A DNA stretch of 33,672 nt from contig JAGQKQ010000001.1 in assembly GCA_020430005.1 (NCBI GenBank), forward strand, positions 1 to 33,672, read 5' to 3'. The DNA comes from Candidatus Omnitrophota bacterium (GTDB lineage: Bacteria > Omnitrophota > Gorgyraeia > Zapsychrales > Zapsychraceae). Below the pieces are notes generated by a model. The model had not been told where the DNA came from. It saw only the letters and a program-made list of their open reading frames with translations, and ran no database searches. Numbering within the stretch: position 1 is the stretch's first letter; the number at the start of each line of letters is the position of its first letter. This document shows positions 1 through 8,323 of this stretch, piece by piece. The translations under genes were made by a program, and so were the position numbers.

Positions 1-356
1 TTCGATTTTTTGGAAACTCATTCCTTCCAATAGTTGTTCCTGCGTTGCTGCTATTGTAGGTTTGATTAGCTGACAGAGTATTAATAATGTTGCTGGAATT
101 GTGATTGGAATTCTTAGTATCTTCATTTTTAGAATCGGAGAGAGGAAAGGTTGTCTAGCATCATGGCATAACCTGTCGACTGGTGGTGTACGTTAGGGAG
201 TATGTTAGCTTCGGTGCGAGTTGTGGAGTAAGAACCTGTCATTGTCGAATGTGTTTGTAAAAGTAATTAAAACTCTCTCCGATTCCATTTCCCGCAACCT
301 TATGGTATTCTAGGATATTGTAGATTTTAGTCGAATTTTTATCCAGTGACGATTTC

Positions 357-1628
357 ATGATTAATACGTTATTTCATCATCAGCATCGCAGTTTTTTAAA
401 GCTGTGGATTGCTCAGTTGATTTCTCAATTCGGGGATCGTATCCATCAATTTGCCTTAATTGCCCTGGTGCATGAACGTTTTCCGGGGTCTTCTTTGGCA
501 TTGGCCAAGTTGATGGCGTGCACGATTATGCCGGTTTTTCTTATACAACCGTTTGCCGGTGTTTTTGTGGATCGCTGGGACCGGCGGACAACACTGTTTG
601 TGTGCGATGTGGTCCGGGGCGGTCTTGTTTTATTGATTCCGTTTTTCTTGATGTCGGCTGATTCGATGTGGCCGATTTATGGTGTGGTTTTTCTGGCGTT
701 TTGTTTTCCGCGTTTTCATGTCCCGGCCAAGATGGCGATTATTCCGGATCTTGTTCCTGAAGACAGCCTGTTGAAGGCCAATTCTTTAATCACGACGACG
801 GGACTGATTGCCGCCGTGCTCGGCGCGGCGTGCGGGGCTTTTTTGATTGAATATTTCGGTGCGCGTAACGGGTTTATTATTGATTCCATTACGTTTTTCG
901 TTTCGGCATTATTTGTCTGGAACATGGCTATCCCGCGACAGCTCAAAATAAATAAGGCGCAGTTACAGGAGTCCGTTCAAAAGATAAAGAAGTCAGTCTG
1001 GCATGAAATCCGGGAAGGGTTTGATTACATTATCAAACACAAAGAAATCCGTTTTGTCATTGATATGTTGTTTGTGCTTTTTATGGCGGCGGGATCGATT
1101 TATGTCTTAATCGTTGTTTTTGTTCAGGAAGCATTTCAGAGCGTAACCCGGGATGTGGGTGTTTTGGCTATCTTTCTGGTCGTCGGTTTGTTTGTCGGAA
1201 TTATGATTTACGGAAAGTGGGGGAAGCGGTTCAGCTGGTATAAAACGATTTTCTTTTGTCTGATTTTGGGGGGAACTATGCTGTCCGTTTTCGCTCTGCT
1301 TGTGCAGGAATATAATAATTTGACGATGGCGATGGGATTGGCCTTTTTCTGGGGGCTTACGATCGGCCCTATTTTTGTGGCCAGTAATACAGTAGTTCAT
1401 ATTGTCAGTGACGAGGAAAAAAGGGGACAGGTATTTAGCGCGCTCGAAATTGTGATCAATTTTGCCTTTTTAGTCGCTATGTTTATCAGCTCCTGGCTGT
1501 CCAATTTTGTGCCTAAATTCTCAATTCTTACGGTTGTCGGGGGATTATGTGCTTTTGTGGGCCTTTTGGGATTAACCCGTTCCCGGGATTTCCAAAAACT
1601 TGCATTGGACGGCGGAAAAATGGCATAA
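357..1628 (+). CDS. MFS transporter (MFS_3/EntS-like permease)
   Basis: The 423-aa ORF is hydrophobic throughout with about 12 predicted TM segments. It has the N-terminal FLKLWIAQLISQFGD motif and the GVFVDRWDRR loop after TM2, both typical of this MFS subfamily. Confidence 0.8.
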   Translation: MINTLFHHQHRSFLKLWIAQLISQFGDRIHQFALIALVHERFPGSSLALAKLMACTIMPVFLIQPFAGVFVDRWDRRTTLFVCDVVRGGLVLLIPFFLMSADSMWPIYGVVFLAFCFPRFHVPAKMAIIPDLVPEDSLLKANSLITTTGLIAAVLGAACGAFLIEYFGARNGFIIDSITFFVSALFVWNMAIPRQLKINKAQLQESVQKIKKSVWHEIREGFDYIIKHKEIRFVIDMLFVLFMAAGSIYVLIVVFVQEAFQSVTRDVGVLAIFLVVGLFVGIMIYGKWGKRFSWYKTIFFCLILGGTMLSVFALLVQEYNNLTMAMGLAFFWGLTIGPIFVASNTVVHIVSDEEKRGQVFSALEIVINFAFLVAMFISSWLSNFVPKFSILTVVGGLCAFVGLLGLTRSRDFQKLALDGGKMA

Positions 1629-1629
1629 T

Positions 1630-1710
1630 TGACAGAGGCAGAGGCCTCTGTCATCCCTGCGAAGTCAGGGATCTAGAAAAGTTAGAATAGATTCCCGCCT
1701 GCGCGGGAAT
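1630..1710. repeat. Three consecutive perfect hairpins (REP-like palindromic intergenic elements)
   Basis: Hairpin 1 is TGACAGAGGC-agag-GCCTCTGTCA (1630-1653). Hairpin 2 is TCCCTG-cgaagt-CAGGGA (1654-1671). Hairpin 3 is ATTCCCGC-ctgc-GCGGGAAT (1691-1710). None is followed by a T-run. Confidence 0.6.
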
Positions 1711-1728
1711 GACATCCACAAGGTAAAC

Positions 1729-2331
1729 ATGAAAAAATTCGCAGTATTTGCATCAGGTAACGGTTCCAATTTACAGGCTATTATTGAAGCGGTTAAGGCC
1801 GGAGATATTAAGGCGGAATTAGCGCTGGTCTTTTCTGATAATTACAAGGCCTATGCCTTAAAAAGGGCCGAAGAGATCGGTATTCCCACCTTATCCTTGC
1901 GTCCGAAGGATTACACAAACAAACAAAGTTTTGAACGGGATCTGGTTATTTACTTAAAGGAAAGGGACATTGACTTTGTTGTCCTTGCAGGATATATGCG
2001 GTTATTGACGCCGTATTTCATTAAGCAATATCCTCAAAAGATTCTTAACATCCACCCATCCTTATTGCCTTCCTTTAAAGGACGTAATGGAATAAAGGAC
2101 GCGTTTACCTACGGATGTAAGGTGGCCGGGGTCACTGTTCATTTTGTCAATGAGAAAATGGATAATGGGCCGATTATTATGCAGGATTCCCTGAAGATTT
2201 ATGAGAAAGACACACTGGAATCTTTGACTGAAAAAATTCATCAGCTGGAACATAAGGTGTATCCCAAAGCGATTGCGCTTTATGTTGAAGACCGTTTGAA
2301 TGTTCGGGGACGGAAAGTTAAGATTAAATAA
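1729..2331 (+). CDS. purN: phosphoribosylglycinamide formyltransferase
   Basis: The 200-aa ORF carries SGNGSNLQAII, VLAGYMRLL, NIHPSLLPSFKG and GVTVHFV..MDNGPII, which follow E. coli PurN motifs along the whole length. Confidence 0.9.
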   Translation: MKKFAVFASGNGSNLQAIIEAVKAGDIKAELALVFSDNYKAYALKRAEEIGIPTLSLRPKDYTNKQSFERDLVIYLKERDIDFVVLAGYMRLLTPYFIKQYPQKILNIHPSLLPSFKGRNGIKDAFTYGCKVAGVTVHFVNEKMDNGPIIMQDSLKIYEKDTLESLTEKIHQLEHKVYPKAIALYVEDRLNVRGRKVKIK

Positions 2332-2429
2332 AATTGTATCACACTTCCAAGAAGAAGATTCTCTGCTGGATTTCAATCTAAAAATAAAGTAGACTAAAGT
2401 GGTAACAGCACCCTAGATAGGAGAATTCT

Positions 2430-2813
2430 GTGTCCAGAAAAATTCTGATTGTCGATGATGAACCGCAGATTATTGAGGTACTGACCAAGCGCCTGGAGGC
2501 TAACCAATACACGGTTGTTTCCGCTTTTGACGGTGAACAAGGTATAGAGAAGGCCATGAGCGAAAAGCCTGATCTTATTATTATTGATATTATGATGCCC
2601 AATCTTGACGGCGGCCGGGCGGTGCGTTTATTAAAATCAGATCCTTCCACTCAGAATATCCCGGTTCTTTTTTTAACGGCTGTTCTAACTGGAACAGAAG
2701 GCATGGACCATCCGGGAATTAACATTGACGGCATCACTTATGCGGCCCTGGCCAAGCCGTTTGACTCGCAAGAACTTTTGGCTAAAATCATAGAATTGAT
2801 CGGCGACGATTAA
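2430..2813 (+). CDS. receiver-only response regulator (CheY-like)
   Basis: It uses a GTG start 6 nt after a TAGGAG SD. Motifs are ILIVDDEP, the phospho-acceptor context DLIIIDIMMP and the conserved ALAKPF lysine. There is no output domain. Confidence 0.85.
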   Translation: MSRKILIVDDEPQIIEVLTKRLEANQYTVVSAFDGEQGIEKAMSEKPDLIIIDIMMPNLDGGRAVRLLKSDPSTQNIPVLFLTAVLTGTEGMDHPGINIDGITYAALAKPFDSQELLAKIIELIGDD

Positions 2814-2817
2814 AGCC

Positions 2818-3192
2818 ATGGAAAAGACAATCCTCGTGGTTGATGACGAGCCCGACATTATGGAAACGCTGGGTCTGCGTTTACAAAGGGCGGGTTATCA
2901 CATGATTTCAGCGTCTGGTGGAGAAGAGGCCTTGCGTAAGGTTGCGGCGCTTCATCCCGATCTGATTGTTTTAGATCTGATGATGCCCTCACCGGACGGG
3001 ATGAAAGTTTGTCAGATAATAAAAAGTAATCCCGATTTTAAAAATATTCCGGTTATTCTGCTTTCGGCGAGATCGCCGGAGGATAATCAGGAAGCCTGCC
3101 GCATTAGCGGAGCAGACGCCTACGTTTCCAAGCCTTATTCGGCGGAAGAATTATTAGATGAAATACGGCGGTTATTAAAACTTCGAAATTAG
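2818..3192 (+). CDS. receiver-only response regulator (CheY-like)
   Basis: The 124-aa ORF has ILVVDDEPD, DLIVLDLMMP, LLSA and YVSKPY. It starts 4 nt after the preceding receiver gene. Confidence 0.85.
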   Translation: MEKTILVVDDEPDIMETLGLRLQRAGYHMISASGGEEALRKVAALHPDLIVLDLMMPSPDGMKVCQIIKSNPDFKNIPVILLSARSPEDNQEACRISGADAYVSKPYSAEELLDEIRRLLKLRN

Positions 3193-3199
3193 TTTTTTT

Positions 3200-4021
3200 A
3201 TGAGTCAACGTCCCCAAGATCCTCTAAAAATAAAATTATTCGATATCATTTTTGAAGCTGAAACTCCCTCCGGAAAACTGTTTGACGTTGTGTTGTTATG
3301 GGCGATTATTATCAGTGTGCTGGCGGTTATTCTGGAAAGCGTAGCGTCCATTCGTTTGCAATACGGTGAACTTCTGCTGGCCGTTGAATGGATTTTTACA
3401 ATCTTGTTTACGGTTGAATACGTGTTCCGTTTATTTTGTGTGCGTCGTCCGCTCAGTTACGCGTTGAGTTTTTTGGGAATCATCGATTTGTTAGCTATTC
3501 TTCCAACCTATCTCAGTTTATTTATGGTTGAAGGAACGTCTTCTTTACTTGTCATTCGGGCCTTAAGGCTTTTACGGGTTTTTCGTGTGTTAAAACTCGG
3601 TCACTTTCTGGGAGAATTTAATGTTCTTATCCGGTCTTTAAAAGCATCATGGAATAAAATGGTTGTCTTTTTGCTGTTGATTGCAATACTGACGTTAATC
3701 AACGGGACATTAATGTATCTTATTGAGGGAGCAGCCAATGGTTTTACAAGTATCCCTAAGAGTGTGTACTGGGCGGTCGTGACTATGACAACGGTTGGAT
3801 ATGGAGATATCGCGCCGAAGACCGTTTTGGGACAAATCCTGGCGTCGTTCATTATGGTTATCGGTTACGCGATTATCGTTGTTCCGACCGGAATTTTTTC
3901 TGTAGAACTGCATAAAACTATTCATAAACAACAAAGTACACATGTGTGTCCTCAATGTGCCCGTGAAGGACATGAAAACGATGCTGAATTCTGCCGTTTT
4001 TGCGGCAGTTCTCTTCATTAA
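3200..4021 (+). CDS. voltage-gated K+ channel (6-TM) with C-terminal zinc-ribbon
   Basis: It has the S4-type segment RALRLLRVFRVLKLGH with a positive charge every third residue, the TMTTVGYGD selectivity filter, and a C-terminal CPQC...CRFC four-cysteine motif. Confidence 0.85.
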   Translation: MSQRPQDPLKIKLFDIIFEAETPSGKLFDVVLLWAIIISVLAVILESVASIRLQYGELLLAVEWIFTILFTVEYVFRLFCVRRPLSYALSFLGIIDLLAILPTYLSLFMVEGTSSLLVIRALRLLRVFRVLKLGHFLGEFNVLIRSLKASWNKMVVFLLLIAILTLINGTLMYLIEGAANGFTSIPKSVYWAVVTMTTVGYGDIAPKTVLGQILASFIMVIGYAIIVVPTGIFSVELHKTIHKQQSTHVCPQCAREGHENDAEFCRFCGSSLH

Positions 4022-4035
4022 GCTGAAAGTCTGCT

Positions 4036-4797
4036 ATGAACGATATCACATTGTTGCCTTCCGATGCAGATCCGGAAATGGTTCAGCAACTACAGGCCAA
4101 ATGGCATTTTAAAGTTTGTTCCGGTGAAGAAAAAAACACGTACGCTTTGCAGGTCGAAGAGGGGCGGTTACAGCTTATCTGCCCGCATGACCGAGGATTT
4201 AAACCGTTTTATGTGGATTTTTCTTCGGATGTTCTGAACTACCGCCGGAAATTCGGCGGCGGACGCCGTCAGTCTATTGCCAAGGCTGTTGGTCTTAAAA
4301 AGGGAGCAATGCCCCGGGTTCTGGATGCAACGGCCGGGTTCGGACGGGACGCTTTTATTTTAGCATCTTTGGGATGCCGTGTGCATATGCTGGAACGGAA
4401 TCCTGTTGTGGCAGCTTTGCTGGAAGACGGACTGAAGCGGGCCAGTTTAGATTCTGAAATGGAAACATGGATTTCCCAGCGATTATCCTTATCCGGTCAG
4501 GATATTCTTCAGGATCAAAGCGGTCTGCCGTTTTCACCGGATGTTATCTATCTGGACCCGATGTATCCTCCGAAAACAAAAGCGGCCCTGGTCAAAAAGG
4601 ATATGCAGATTTTACAAGCAATTGTCCGTGAAAAGACAGATGTTGACGATTTGTTTCAGACGGTGTTTAATATGGCACAGGATCGGATTGTGATAAAACG
4701 TCCGGATTATGCGCCGTATGTGGCAGCCAGGGACCCGGACACTGTGATTAAAACCAAGAGTCATCGATTTGATATATATCTAAGAATTAAGAGTTAA
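4036..4797 (+). CDS. rsmJ: 16S rRNA (guanine1516-N2)-methyltransferase RsmJ-like SAM methyltransferase
   Basis: YRRKFGGGRRQSIAKAVG, VLDATAGFGRDAFILASLGCRVHMLERNPVVAALLEDGL, YLDPMYP and KRPDYAP are collinear with E. coli RsmJ as I recall it. Confidence 0.85.
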   Translation: MNDITLLPSDADPEMVQQLQAKWHFKVCSGEEKNTYALQVEEGRLQLICPHDRGFKPFYVDFSSDVLNYRRKFGGGRRQSIAKAVGLKKGAMPRVLDATAGFGRDAFILASLGCRVHMLERNPVVAALLEDGLKRASLDSEMETWISQRLSLSGQDILQDQSGLPFSPDVIYLDPMYPPKTKAALVKKDMQILQAIVREKTDVDDLFQTVFNMAQDRIVIKRPDYAPYVAARDPDTVIKTKSHRFDIYLRIKS

Positions 4798-4890
4798 ATG
4801 TTGAAAGTAAAATGTAACCATATCTGCGGATAATATTGGTAATATCATATTTTTTACATTTAACATTTTACACATTTATTGATATATCTT

Positions 4891-5283
4891 ATGAAGAAAG
4901 AACAAGAATCTGTCCGTATTGATAAATGGCTGTGGGCTGTGCGGATTTGCAAGACGCGGTTGATCGCGGCAGATTTGTGTAAACGGCAAAAGGTAAGTAC
5001 TGATGGACAATATATTAAGCCGTCGCGTGATGTGAAAGCCGGACAGGTGGTTACAGTTAAGAAGGACGGTATTGATTGGCAGTATAAAATTCTTCAATGC
5101 ATTGATAAACGGGTCGGGGCCAAAATCGCGGCGGCGTGTTACGAAGATTTGACCCCGGCAGAAGATGTCGAGAAGTTAAAAATGATTAAAAGCGTCTGGG
5201 TTCCTCGTCGGGCAAAAGGTGAAGGCCGGCCGACGAAAAAAGACCGCCGGGCGATTGAACGATTAAAAGATTTTAATGATTAG
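4891..5283 (+). CDS. hslR: S4-domain RNA-binding heat-shock protein 15 (ribosome-associated)
   Basis: VRIDKWLWAVRICKTRLIAADLC...KPSRDVKAGQVV is an S4/Hsp15 signature, followed by a basic C-terminal tail. I prefer the ATG at 4891 over the TTG at 4879 given in the ORF track. Confidence 0.8.
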   Translation: MKKEQESVRIDKWLWAVRICKTRLIAADLCKRQKVSTDGQYIKPSRDVKAGQVVTVKKDGIDWQYKILQCIDKRVGAKIAAACYEDLTPAEDVEKLKMIKSVWVPRRAKGEGRPTKKDRRAIERLKDFND

Positions 5284-5296
5284 AGAGGAGATCAAC

Positions 5297-6364
5297 ATGG
5301 ACCAGGAGTCGAAAAAGTTTTTAACGGATTTATTAGCGCAATGCGGACCGTCAGGGTTTGAAACGGATATTCAGGATGTCTGGTTGAAGAGAACCAAAAA
5401 ATATGCCGATACGGTGAGGAAAGATGTTCACGGAAACGCGATCGCCGTTCTCAATGCCAAGGCGGATTTTCGGATTATGCTGGCGGGACATTGCGATGAA
5501 ATTGGTTTTATAATTTCGCATATTACAGAGGAAGGGTTTTTATATTTTACGGCCATCGGTGGTATTGATGCCGGCGTTATTCCGGGATCGCAGGTCCAGA
5601 TCAAAACAAAAAAAGGATTTGTCGGCGGTGTTATCGGTAAACGGGCGATTCATATGATGACGGAAGCGGAACGAAAAACATCTGTTCCTTTAAAAGATTT
5701 GTACATTGATATCGGAGCAAAGGACCGTAAAAATGCTTTAAAATATGTTCAGTTAGGAGACTCTGCGGTCATTAAGCCGAATTTTATCGAACTGCAAAAC
5801 GGATTGTTTTCCTCCAAAGGATGCGATAACCGTACCGGAGCGTTTGTGGTTTCAGAAGTTTTAAAGATTCTTTCCAAGAGTAAAAGTAAACTAAAAGTCG
5901 GTGTTTACAGCGTCTCAACAGTTCAGGAAGAAGTTGGTTTGCGCGGTGCCATTACCAGTGCTTATGCCATTAAACCTCACGCCGCCATTGCGGTGGATGT
6001 GGGACACGCGACGGATACACCTGATATTGATCGACGTGTTCATGGAGAGACCTTTCTTGATAAGGGCCCTATTCTGGGTCACGGCCCGGTTATTAATCCT
6101 ATTCTGGGAAAAATTCTGATTGATACGGCCGATAAAAAGAAAATTCCTTATCAGATCAGAGCGACAAGTCGTCCGGGAGGAACGGATACGGCGATGATTC
6201 AGATTTCCCGTGAAGGAGTGGCGACAGCTTTGGTGGCTGTTCCGAACCGTTATATGCACACGGCGGCTGAAACCTGTTCATTTAATGACGTAGCTAACGC
6301 GGCAAAACTGATTGCCGAAGCGATCTTAACGATAAAACCCGGACAAGATTTTGTTCCGGCCTAG
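5297..6364 (+). CDS. M42 family metallopeptidase (FrvX/YpdE-like aminopeptidase)
   Basis: GHCDEIGF, DNRTGAF, VQEEVGLRGA, AVDVGHATD and RYMHT are M42 motifs. I prefer the start at 5297 because a GAGAGGAG SD lies 7 nt upstream. The 5276 start would overlap hslR. Confidence 0.85.
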   Translation: MDQESKKFLTDLLAQCGPSGFETDIQDVWLKRTKKYADTVRKDVHGNAIAVLNAKADFRIMLAGHCDEIGFIISHITEEGFLYFTAIGGIDAGVIPGSQVQIKTKKGFVGGVIGKRAIHMMTEAERKTSVPLKDLYIDIGAKDRKNALKYVQLGDSAVIKPNFIELQNGLFSSKGCDNRTGAFVVSEVLKILSKSKSKLKVGVYSVSTVQEEVGLRGAITSAYAIKPHAAIAVDVGHATDTPDIDRRVHGETFLDKGPILGHGPVINPILGKILIDTADKKKIPYQIRATSRPGGTDTAMIQISREGVATALVAVPNRYMHTAAETCSFNDVANAAKLIAEAILTIKPGQDFVPA

Positions 6365-6421
6365 ACATTATTTTTTATTAGATTAAAGATAGAATATTTT
6401 TGTTAATGAAAGGAATATGAG

Positions 6422-7393
6422 ATGAATGTTTTCAAAAAAGTTTTTGTGCTGTCAGCGATTGTATTATTTGCGGTTCAGCTTCAAGCGGAAGCCATGAAAC
6501 GTTATGATGTCAAGAGCGGTTACATGAAACTCGACATTACCGGGCAGACTCAGGGAACAGAAGAGCTTTATTGGACAAATTATGGCGAACAGGAAGGGCG
6601 TTATACCGAAACATCAGTAAAAGTTTTTGGTATTGAGCAAAATAACAGTTCGGTCAATATTATTGACGGAGAGTGGGGATATGCCATTAATCCGGATAAT
6701 AATACGGCCACAAAGGTCAATCATAAAGAAAAAATGACGGGAAAAACGCCGACAGATTTTAGTGAAAAAATGATTGAAGCTTTCGGCGGTGTAAAAACTG
6801 GAACGGAGAAAGTTCTAGGAAAAAACTGCGATATTTATAAATTAGAAAAATTTGGTGATATGAAGGTTTGGATTTATAAAGGGTTGGCGTTAAAAACAGA
6901 AGCTAACATTATGGGATTTGAATATAAGACACAGGCCGTAGAGTTTAGGGAAAATACGAAGGTGGATAAGGCGAAGGTTACATTACCGTCAAATATAAAA
7001 ATTGTCCACGAGATGGACGCCGATGATATGCCGAGCGCCGAACAAATGGATCAGGCTAGACAACAGTTAAAAGATATCCAGGATAATCCTGAATACCAGG
7101 AGGCATTGAAAAAAATGCAGGAAGTTCAGAATAGTCCTGAATACCAAGACGCCCTACAAAAACTGCAGGAATTAAAAGATAACCCCGAATATCTTAAAGC
7201 TATGCAAGAAGCACAAGAAGCCCAAGCGGAAGCAGGGTATTCGCAGGCTGCGAATGGGGACATGACATTGGGTGAAAAAACCGGCGAAATTATTAAAGAA
7301 GAAACATCCTCGGCTGTAGAAGAAACCGTTCGCGAAGAAACGCGTAAGAATGTGAAAAAAGCTTTGGGGAACGCGTTTAAATTATTTAAATAG
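6422..7393 (+). CDS. secreted hypothetical protein with C-terminal NPEYxxA(L/M) repeats
   Basis: It has a signal peptide (MNVFKKVFVLSAIVLFAVQLQAEA), a beta-rich N-terminal domain and an acidic helical repeat tail. I recognised no family. Confidence 0.6.
   Translation: MNVFKKVFVLSAIVLFAVQLQAEAMKRYDVKSGYMKLDITGQTQGTEELYWTNYGEQEGRYTETSVKVFGIEQNNSSVNIIDGEWGYAINPDNNTATKVNHKEKMTGKTPTDFSEKMIEAFGGVKTGTEKVLGKNCDIYKLEKFGDMKVWIYKGLALKTEANIMGFEYKTQAVEFRENTKVDKAKVTLPSNIKIVHEMDADDMPSAEQMDQARQQLKDIQDNPEYQEALKKMQEVQNSPEYQDALQKLQELKDNPEYLKAMQEAQEAQAEAGYSQAANGDMTLGEKTGEIIKEETSSAVEETVREETRKNVKKALGNAFKLFK
7082..7225 (+). repeat. 3 x 48-nt in-frame tandem repeat inside the CDS
   Basis: The repeats encode DNPEYQEALKKMQEVQ, NSPEYQDALQKLQELK and DNPEYLKAMQEAQEAQ. 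The nucleotide repeats have diverged but are clearly alignable. Confidence 0.8.
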
Positions 7394-7426
7394 ATTTTCA
7401 GATTAATGAACAGGAAGGACTGTCGA

Positions 7427-8317
7427 ATGAAAAAAGCGATTCTGTTATTTGCATTTATGTTGTCTCTAAGCGTTTTCGCGCAGGCGGAACAGGACTTTTC
7501 CAATGTGGAAATTAAAACACAGGCTGTTGCCGGGTCTGTTTATATGTTGGAGGGATCTGGAGGGAATATCGGTGTTTCCGTTGGGGAGGACGGAATTTTG
7601 ATTATTGACGATCAGTTCGCGCCGCTGGCTGATAAAATTCACGCTGCTTTAAAAGATTTAAGTAAAGGAGATTTAAAGTTTATTCTTAACACACATTGGC
7701 ACGGCGATCATACCGGCGGTAACGAAGAGTTTGGTCGGGAAGGAGTCATTATCGCGCATGAAAATGTCCGCAAGCGGTTATCTTCGCATCAAGAAGTAAA
7801 ATTGTTTAACATGGTTTCGGAACCACAACCGGAAGGAGCGCTGCCGGTTATTACGTTTGATGATGATTTATCTATTCACTTTAACGGGGAAGAAATAAAG
7901 ATGATTCACCTACCGTCGGGTCACACAGATGGAGATAGCATTATTTATTTTACAAAGTCCAATGTTGTCCACATGGGCGATCATTTATTTAACGGTTTTT
8001 ACCCTTTTATTGATCTGGACTCCGGCGGCAGTGTTCAAGGGGTTATCAAGAATCTTGAGAAGGTTCTCAGTATGGTTCCGGACGATGCCAAGGTTATTCC
8101 CGGTCACGGACCAGTAGGAACAGTGGATGATATTAGAGCGTCTCATGATATGATTAAGAAATGCGCTGTTTTGATGCAGCAGGCTATTGACGAAGGAAAG
8201 AGTCTTGAACAGATTAAAAAAGAAGGTTTGCCGGAAGATATTACGGAAAAATGGGGAAAGGGATTTCTAACAACAGATCAATGGATTGAAATTCTATATA
8301 ATAGTTATACCAAGTAA
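7427..8317 (+). CDS. secreted MBL-fold metallo-hydrolase
   Basis: It has the HWHGDHTGGN (HxHxDH) motif and later GH/HG metal ligands. The signal peptide MKKAILLFAFMLSLSVFA begins at the ATG at 7427, which follows an AGGAAGGA SD. Confidence 0.8.
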   Translation: MKKAILLFAFMLSLSVFAQAEQDFSNVEIKTQAVAGSVYMLEGSGGNIGVSVGEDGILIIDDQFAPLADKIHAALKDLSKGDLKFILNTHWHGDHTGGNEEFGREGVIIAHENVRKRLSSHQEVKLFNMVSEPQPEGALPVITFDDDLSIHFNGEEIKMIHLPSGHTDGDSIIYFTKSNVVHMGDHLFNGFYPFIDLDSGGSVQGVIKNLEKVLSMVPDDAKVIPGHGPVGTVDDIRASHDMIKKCAVLMQQAIDEGKSLEQIKKEGLPEDITEKWGKGFLTTDQWIEILYNSYTK

Positions 8318-8323
8318 ACTGTT

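Noticed and set aside
1-356. Possible partial genes or an ncRNA in the first 356 nt
   Set aside because: On the minus strand an ATG at 126 opens a signal-peptide-like frame (MKILRIPITIPATLLILCQ...) that runs off the left edge, but it has no SD and only 42 codons are visible. On the + strand a frame closes at a TAG at 31-33. Only a repeated AACCTGTC (171-178 and 233-240) and weak hairpins were seen. This is not enough to call anything.
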